Notes under the pieces: generated by a model
Seen by the model: only the letters and a program-made list of their open reading frames with translations
The model's database searches: none
What the model was told of the DNA's origin: nothing
Translations under genes and position numbers: made by a program
In this document: positions 33,807 to 34,116 of the stretch, in pieces
Numbering within the stretch: position 1 is the first letter of the stretch
How the letters are laid out: each line of letters opens with the position of its first letter
DNA from: a virus
Taxonomy: Duplodnaviria; Caudoviricetes
Length of the DNA stretch: 34,116 nt
Direction: 5' to 3' (one strand)
IMG/VR virus record: IMGVR_UViG_3300033489_000037
Coordinates: 1-34,116 of that record

Positions 33807-33982
33807 TGGAAGCAAAGCTAGAAGGCAAGACTCTCACAGTCAAGATGGACATAAGTAATGGCACTCCATCTGCTAGTGGCAAGACTATAGTAGTAGCAAC
33901 CACTAGCGGATTTGTGGAAGTGCCAGGGACTAGCCTTAGACTCAGCCTGAATGTAATCAAAGCAAGAAAAGGAGGCATGTGA
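33806..33982 (+). CDS. Small beta-strand protein (58 aa, PSASGKTIVVATT motif)
   Basis: Translated by hand, with RBS AAGGAGGT. The motif is recalled from a family of small uncharacterised proteins. Confidence 0.75.
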   Translation: MEAKLEGKTLTVKMDISNGTPSASGKTIVVATTSGFVEVPGTSLRLSLNVIKARKGGM

Positions 33983-34116
33983 TGAAAGAAGCGATGATAC
34001 CACAAAGAGAAGCATGCCTATACATTGACCTTGAGTGTTGTTCTTGTAGCAAAATAGTGGCACTAGTAAATATGGTACACACTGGTAGACATTACTACTG
34101 TGGAAGATGTGCAGAA
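33982..34116 (+). CDS. Cys-rich protein, 3'-partial
   Basis: RBS AAGGAGG. Reads MKEAMIPQ...CCSC...YYCGRC and runs off the window. Confidence 0.5.
   Translation, partial: MKEAMIPQREACLYIDLECCSCSKIVALVNMVHTGRHYYCGRCAE

Larger units (their letters stand above)
1..34116. mobile_element. Tailed dsDNA bacteriophage genome segment (podovirus-like head module)
   Basis: Terminase, portal, scaffold, major capsid, fibre and PolA genes, dense small ORFs and no host housekeeping genes. No att site or integrase is seen. Confidence 0.96.

Noticed and set aside
1-34116. Stop-codon reassignment
   Set aside because: Long genes are intact in the standard code, and TAA, TAG and TGA all terminate genes.

Overview
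This window is most of the genome of a tailed dsDNA phage (Caudoviricetes, podovirus-like head module), with no bacterial housekeeping genes. Bases 1-3.7 kb (+) hold the 3' part of a family A DNA polymerase and a variable array of small ORFs joined by repeated stop/RBS/start motifs. Bases 3.7-28.5 kb (-) form an apparently complete late region driven by two near-consensus sigma70 promoters. It encodes TerS, a block of fibre/decoration genes, TerL, portal, a 2150-aa putative ejection protein with ADP-ribosyltransferase-like and GNAT inserts, scaffold, major capsid protein, tail proteins and small membrane proteins. Bases 28.5-29.7 kb (+) are a divergent three-gene unit, followed near 29.7-29.85 kb by short direct repeats and a composition shift (possible genome end). 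Bases 30.1-34.1 kb (+) are early genes. The most unusual signals are four: (i) a 772-aa tail protein with two different 56-aa tandem duplications placed symmetrically about its centre, suggesting a length-tunable antiparallel coiled-coil hairpin; (ii) a PolA with His at the steric-gate Glu position and Leu at the Q849 position; (iii) a twice-repeated 'DGG-motif gene + Mtd_N gene' pair; (iv) enzymatic inserts in the ejection protein. No integrase, endolysin, tRNA, CRISPR array or reverse transcriptase was recognised. All family assignments come from motif recognition by eye and need HMM or structure confirmation.
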